Shown one piece after another: positions 28,301 through 32,000 of a DNA stretch of 32,000 bases. Below the pieces are notes generated by a model. It searched no databases. It was given only the letters and a program-made list of their open reading frames with translations, and was not told where the DNA came from. How positions within the stretch are numbered: position 1 is the stretch's first letter; each line of letters begins with the position of its first letter. The position numbers were made by a program, and so were the translations under genes. The stretch is from Alkalilimnicola ehrlichii MLHE-1 (GTDB lineage Bacteria; Pseudomonadota; Gammaproteobacteria; Nitrococcales; Halorhodospiraceae): contig NC_008340.1 of the NCBI RefSeq assembly GCF_000014785.1, positions 840,001 through 872,000 of the forward strand, in the 5' to 3' direction.

Positions 28301-28403
28301 TTTGGATTGCATCTAGTTCTTCCTCCAGGTTTTTCTCTGTTGGCATGGTCATTGCCAACCTCTCTGATCGACGACCCGCGATAACAGAGAGAGAAAGCAG
28401 ACC

Positions 28404-30677
28404 ATGATCAATGCTGCACACAGGCGGATCCGGCCACCCCTTCCTGCCCTTGGCGCAACCGCTGCGCTGCTCACTATTCAGCCCCTTGCCACCACCGACG
28501 CCGGTGAGCCGCCGGAATTGCCGCCCATACGGGTCGAGTCCACCACCATCGACGACCGCTTCGCCGGTGACGAGACCAATCCCACCGCCACCTCCTTCGT
28601 CCGCGGTGACGAGGTGGACGCCGCCGCCGCCGAGCATATCGAGCAGGTCCTGCGCCGTATCCCGGGGCTGACCGCCGACACCCGCACCGGCTCCGATGAC
28701 GCGGTCAAGATCAAGCTGCGGGGCGTCGAGGGCCAGCGCTACATGGGCGAGGACCCGGGGGTGGCCATCATCATCGATGGCGTGCCGGTGAAGGAGGACA
28801 CCGGCCGGGTCAATATCGATATGGATAACATCGAGTCCATCCGGGTGATCCGGGGCAGCGCCTCTTACCTCTACGGTGAAGACGCCCTGGCCGGTGCCGT
28901 GGTGATCACCACCAAGCGCGGGGCCGACATGGCCGGCTTTCGGACCGAGGGGGCCCTGGGCAGCCACGGGACGCAGCGCTGGTTGGGCCGGGCGGGGTAT
29001 GCGGACGAGCGGTTCAATGCTTACCTGCAGGCCTCGCACCGGGAGTCGGACGGCTGGCATGCCCGCGCCGGCTACGAGGCCGACTACCTGAACGGCAAGC
29101 TGCAGTACTACCTCGACGACTACAGCGATATCACCTTCAACTTTGAGCACACGGACCGGTTTCGCGATGAAACCGGCACGGTCCGTGGCCGCAGCCAGGC
29201 GGAGCGCGATCCGCGTAACCGGGAGGCGCAGCGCGGCTCCTACACCCGTAACTTCCACCTGGACCTGGCGCGCTACTCGGTCACCTACATGCGCGACCTG
29301 CGCGCCGCCGGCGAACTGACCCTGAGCGGTTACCGCTTCACCGACGAGACCTGGAACTGGTACGCGCCCATGCGCTACGACGGCGACGGCAACGCGGTGA
29401 ACGACGCCGATCTCTACGAGAGCCGCAGCGACAAGGAGCAGGTGCAACGCGGGCTCAAGGCCGAGTGGCGCAACGACGGCCAGCGGTTCGCCGGGCTGTT
29501 GGGGCTGGACCTGCGCGAGAACACCTACGAGCAGGAGAACCATTACATCAATGACAACAAGCCGAGTCCGTCGCCCTTTGCGCCGGTGCGGGAGGCGGGG
29601 ACGCGGAGCGCGGACCACGAGACCGATGAGACCATCCGCGCCGCCTATGGCGAGTTGAAGTGGCGGCTGGCCCCGCGCTGGACCCTGACCGGAAACGCCC
29701 GCTTCGATCACACCCGCCTGGAGCACAGCGACCACATGGAGGGCCGGTCGCTGGACCGCAGCTTCAACGTCTGGTCCTGGCGGGCGGGCAGCGCCTTTCA
29801 GGCCAGTGACCGGCTGACCTTCTTTGCCAACGCCTCCACCGGGTTCCGCAACCCCACCGTGGGCCAGTTGTTCGCTGGTGGCTTTGAGGACGACACCGCC
29901 GGCAACCCCGACCTGGACCCGGAGGAGGTGATCAACCTCGAGCTGGGGCTGCGTGCCCGGACCCGCTGGCTGGGGCAGCCGGTGCGCGCCGAGCTGACCC
30001 TGTTTCAGATGGACCGGGACGACTTCATCCTCCGCCAGGCCGGGCAATACGCCACCACCGCCGAGGAACAGGAGGCCCGATACGAGAACATCGGCGGTGC
30101 CCGCCACCGCGGTCTTGAACTGGCCCTGAGCGGCGAGGCGGGGCAGCGGGTGAGCTGGGGGGCGGCCTACACCCTGCTCGATGCCCGGTTCACCGATTAC
30201 GACAATTTCAACCTGGCGCTGGGGAACGCCCGCGGGGAGTTCCTGGGCGAGTGCGACCAGGTCACCCTGGACGACCCGCGCAGCCAGTACTGCGTGGAAC
30301 GCCACGACAACAGCGGCAACCGCATCCCGCGGGTACCGCGCCACACCCTCAACCTGCTGGTGGATTTCCACCTGACCCCGGCCTTCACCCTGACCACGGA
30401 GAGCCACACGGTCTCCTCCTGGTTCGCAGATGAACTCAACGAGTTCGAACTCTCCGGTCACACCGTCTTCAACCTGGTGGGCAACTACCGCCAGCGCCTG
30501 GGCCGGGTGGATCTGCGCGCGTTCCTGCGCGTGGACAACGTCTTCGACCAGTGGCACTACGAGCGCGCCTCGGCCTTCTACGACAACAACCAGGACGGCG
30601 AGTACGACTGGGAGGACGTCACCTTCCTGGTGAACCCCGGGCGCACCTGGACCGCCGGTCTGGAGGCGCGCTTCTGA
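28404..30677 (+). CDS. TonB-dependent outer membrane receptor
   Basis: 757 aa; plug domain (VEQVLRR-like IEQVLRRIPGLTADTRTG..., VAIIIDGVPV, IESIRVIRGSASYLYGEDALAGAVVITTKR), beta-barrel, C-terminal TWTAGLEARF. Confidence 0.94.
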   Translation: MINAAHRRIRPPLPALGATAALLTIQPLATTDAGEPPELPPIRVESTTIDDRFAGDETNPTATSFVRGDEVDAAAAEHIEQVLRRIPGLTADTRTGSDDAVKIKLRGVEGQRYMGEDPGVAIIIDGVPVKEDTGRVNIDMDNIESIRVIRGSASYLYGEDALAGAVVITTKRGADMAGFRTEGALGSHGTQRWLGRAGYADERFNAYLQASHRESDGWHARAGYEADYLNGKLQYYLDDYSDITFNFEHTDRFRDETGTVRGRSQAERDPRNREAQRGSYTRNFHLDLARYSVTYMRDLRAAGELTLSGYRFTDETWNWYAPMRYDGDGNAVNDADLYESRSDKEQVQRGLKAEWRNDGQRFAGLLGLDLRENTYEQENHYINDNKPSPSPFAPVREAGTRSADHETDETIRAAYGELKWRLAPRWTLTGNARFDHTRLEHSDHMEGRSLDRSFNVWSWRAGSAFQASDRLTFFANASTGFRNPTVGQLFAGGFEDDTAGNPDLDPEEVINLELGLRARTRWLGQPVRAELTLFQMDRDDFILRQAGQYATTAEEQEARYENIGGARHRGLELALSGEAGQRVSWGAAYTLLDARFTDYDNFNLALGNARGEFLGECDQVTLDDPRSQYCVERHDNSGNRIPRVPRHTLNLLVDFHLTPAFTLTTESHTVSSWFADELNEFELSGHTVFNLVGNYRQRLGRVDLRAFLRVDNVFDQWHYERASAFYDNNQDGEYDWEDVTFLVNPGRTWTAGLEARF

Positions 30678-31354
30678 TGGCAGGCGGGGTTGGCGGGCTG
30701 GTGGCCGAGGGGCTCACCGGCATGACGCTGCCGGCTGCGCTGGCGCTCGGACTGGTCTACGGGGTCAGCGCCTGCGCCGTGGTCTGCCTGCCCTTTCTCG
30801 GGCCGGTGCTGTTCGCCACCGGTGAGGGGCCGGGGCGCGCCTGGCGCCGGCTGCTGCCCTTCTCGCTGGGCCGGATCGCCGGTTACGCCGGGATGGCCGG
30901 CCTCTCGGCACTGGTCGGGGCGGTGCTGCTGGAGGGGCTCGGCCGGTGGCCCGCCTGGCTGCTGGGCGGTGCCGCACTGGTGCTGGCCGGTTACCTGGCC
31001 TGGGGCGGGGGCGGCGCCAGTGATCGGGGTTGTGCCCGGCGCGGCGGTGCCGGCGCCGTACCGATGACCGGCGGGCTCTTCGTGCTGGGCCTGGGTATGG
31101 CCCTCAATCCGGCCTGCGCGTCCCTGCTGCTGGTGTTGCTCTCCGCCGCCGCCATGGGGTCGGTCAGCGAGGGGGTGTTATTGGGCCTGACTTTCGGGCT
31201 GGGCGTCTCGGTGGGGCCCTTTCTGGTCTTCGGTGTGGTCTTCGCCCAGCTCGGCGCGGCGGTTCATCAATGGCTCTGGCGCTGGCGCGTGGCGCTGCGT
31301 CGCGGTGCCGCGCTGCTCCTGGGGAGTTTCGGTGCGGCCACCGTCTGGTTATAG
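30677..31354 (+). CDS. Multi-TM protein of the cytochrome c biogenesis/DsbD-TauE-SafE-like type, possible transporter
   Basis: 225 aa from MAGGVGGLVAEG; TGATG overlap with receptor stop; GLVYGVSACAVVCLPFLGPVLFA and LGMALNPACASLLLVLLSAAAMGS; several TM helices. Confidence 0.75.
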   Translation: MAGGVGGLVAEGLTGMTLPAALALGLVYGVSACAVVCLPFLGPVLFATGEGPGRAWRRLLPFSLGRIAGYAGMAGLSALVGAVLLEGLGRWPAWLLGGAALVLAGYLAWGGGGASDRGCARRGGAGAVPMTGGLFVLGLGMALNPACASLLLVLLSAAAMGSVSEGVLLGLTFGLGVSVGPFLVFGVVFAQLGAAVHQWLWRWRVALRRGAALLLGSFGAATVWL

Positions 31355-31411
31355 GGGCGTGGGGCTAGGCCCCATCACCCAACACACATTGAAATGGGGG
31401 GATTGCTTGCG

Positions 31412-32000
31412 ATGTCTGTCTCTTGGCCTACCCGTCTGTGGGGGGCGCTGGTGTTACTGGCGCTGTTGGGCCCGTGGGGCGCGGCCCAGCCGGTGGAGGA
31501 GGCCGGTCCACTCTGGTTGTCGGATGCCCCGCCCAATGAGGCCTATGCGCAGCGGCTGCGCCGCAGCCACGGCGGTGCGGTGGAGATGGGCCGGGGCGGC
31601 AGCACCGCCAAGCGGCTCTGGCTGCGCCATGGCGCGGTGCCGGAAACCGCCGGCTACACGGACGAGGCGGCCGCGGAGGGGTTCGATTTCCGGGTGACCA
31701 CCCCGGCGGGGGAGGCCGAGCGGCTGCGCCCCTTTGTCGACGAGGCCGGGGTGGGGCTGCACTTTCCGATACCGGAGGAGGGCTTCTATAACGTCTACGC
31801 CACCCGCCGACAGGTCCGGGACGGGGTGCTGGCGGTGGAGGTGGTCAAGCATGAGTTGCTGCGCCACCTTTGCTCCGAGGGCCACGACTATCCCATGACG
31901 CTGGTGGCGCCGCGCCACCTGCCGGAGCTCCCGCTGGAGATCATCCGGCTGCGCCAGCCGGATGAGGATTTCCATACCCGGCTCCACTCCGGTGACACCC
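31412..32000 (+). CDS. Exported protein of unknown function, truncated by window edge
   Basis: Manual translation MSVSWPTRLWGALVLLALLGPWGAAQPVEEAGPLWLSDAPPNEAYAQRLRRSHGG... open to the window end; signal peptide; absent from the ORF track because it has no stop in the window. Confidence 0.75.
   Translation, partial: MSVSWPTRLWGALVLLALLGPWGAAQPVEEAGPLWLSDAPPNEAYAQRLRRSHGGAVEMGRGGSTAKRLWLRHGAVPETAGYTDEAAAEGFDFRVTTPAGEAERLRPFVDEAGVGLHFPIPEEGFYNVYATRRQVRDGVLAVEVVKHELLRHLCSEGHDYPMTLVAPRHLPELPLEIIRLRQPDEDFHTRLHSGDT

Noticed and set aside
28157-28391. Repeat cluster as a CRISPR array
   Set aside because: The elements are different inverted repeats with distinct sequences, not direct repeats with regular spacers, and no cas genes are present.

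Overview
GC-rich chromosomal window, probably gammaproteobacterial (inferred from gene content only). No mobile element, CRISPR array or rRNA was seen. Left part: ArsR-rhodanese fusion regulator, rubredoxin/FAD oxidoreductase fusion, MaoC/hotdog-like protein and two GGDEF proteins. Centre: tRNA-Pro(GGG), MerR-type regulator, ihfA, pheT, pheS, rplT, rpmI, infC and thrS, all on the minus strand. The most notable region is about 15.1-23.85 kb, where two ATP-grasp/peptidase modules sit side by side. Module A: RimK-like ATP-grasp ligase, transglutaminase-like 7TM protein, and a lipoprotein with a retropepsin-like DSGA...GRD signature. Module B: Anbu-type proteasome-like peptidase, zinc-ribbon HExxH metallopeptidase, alpha-E protein, circularly permuted ATP-grasp, and an active-looking transglutaminase-like peptidase. 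Each module is a known family association from comparative genomics, with functions largely uncharacterised; their juxtaposition is the point of interest. Right part: chaperone-usher cluster with two spore-coat-U-like subunits, and a TonB receptor operon preceded by a dense set of inverted repeats. RNA-level observations include a thrS 5'UTR hairpin whose loop contains the tRNA-Thr anticodon CGU, a Phe-rich mini-ORF overlapping a terminator-like hairpin before pheS, and an apparent AUC start for infC.
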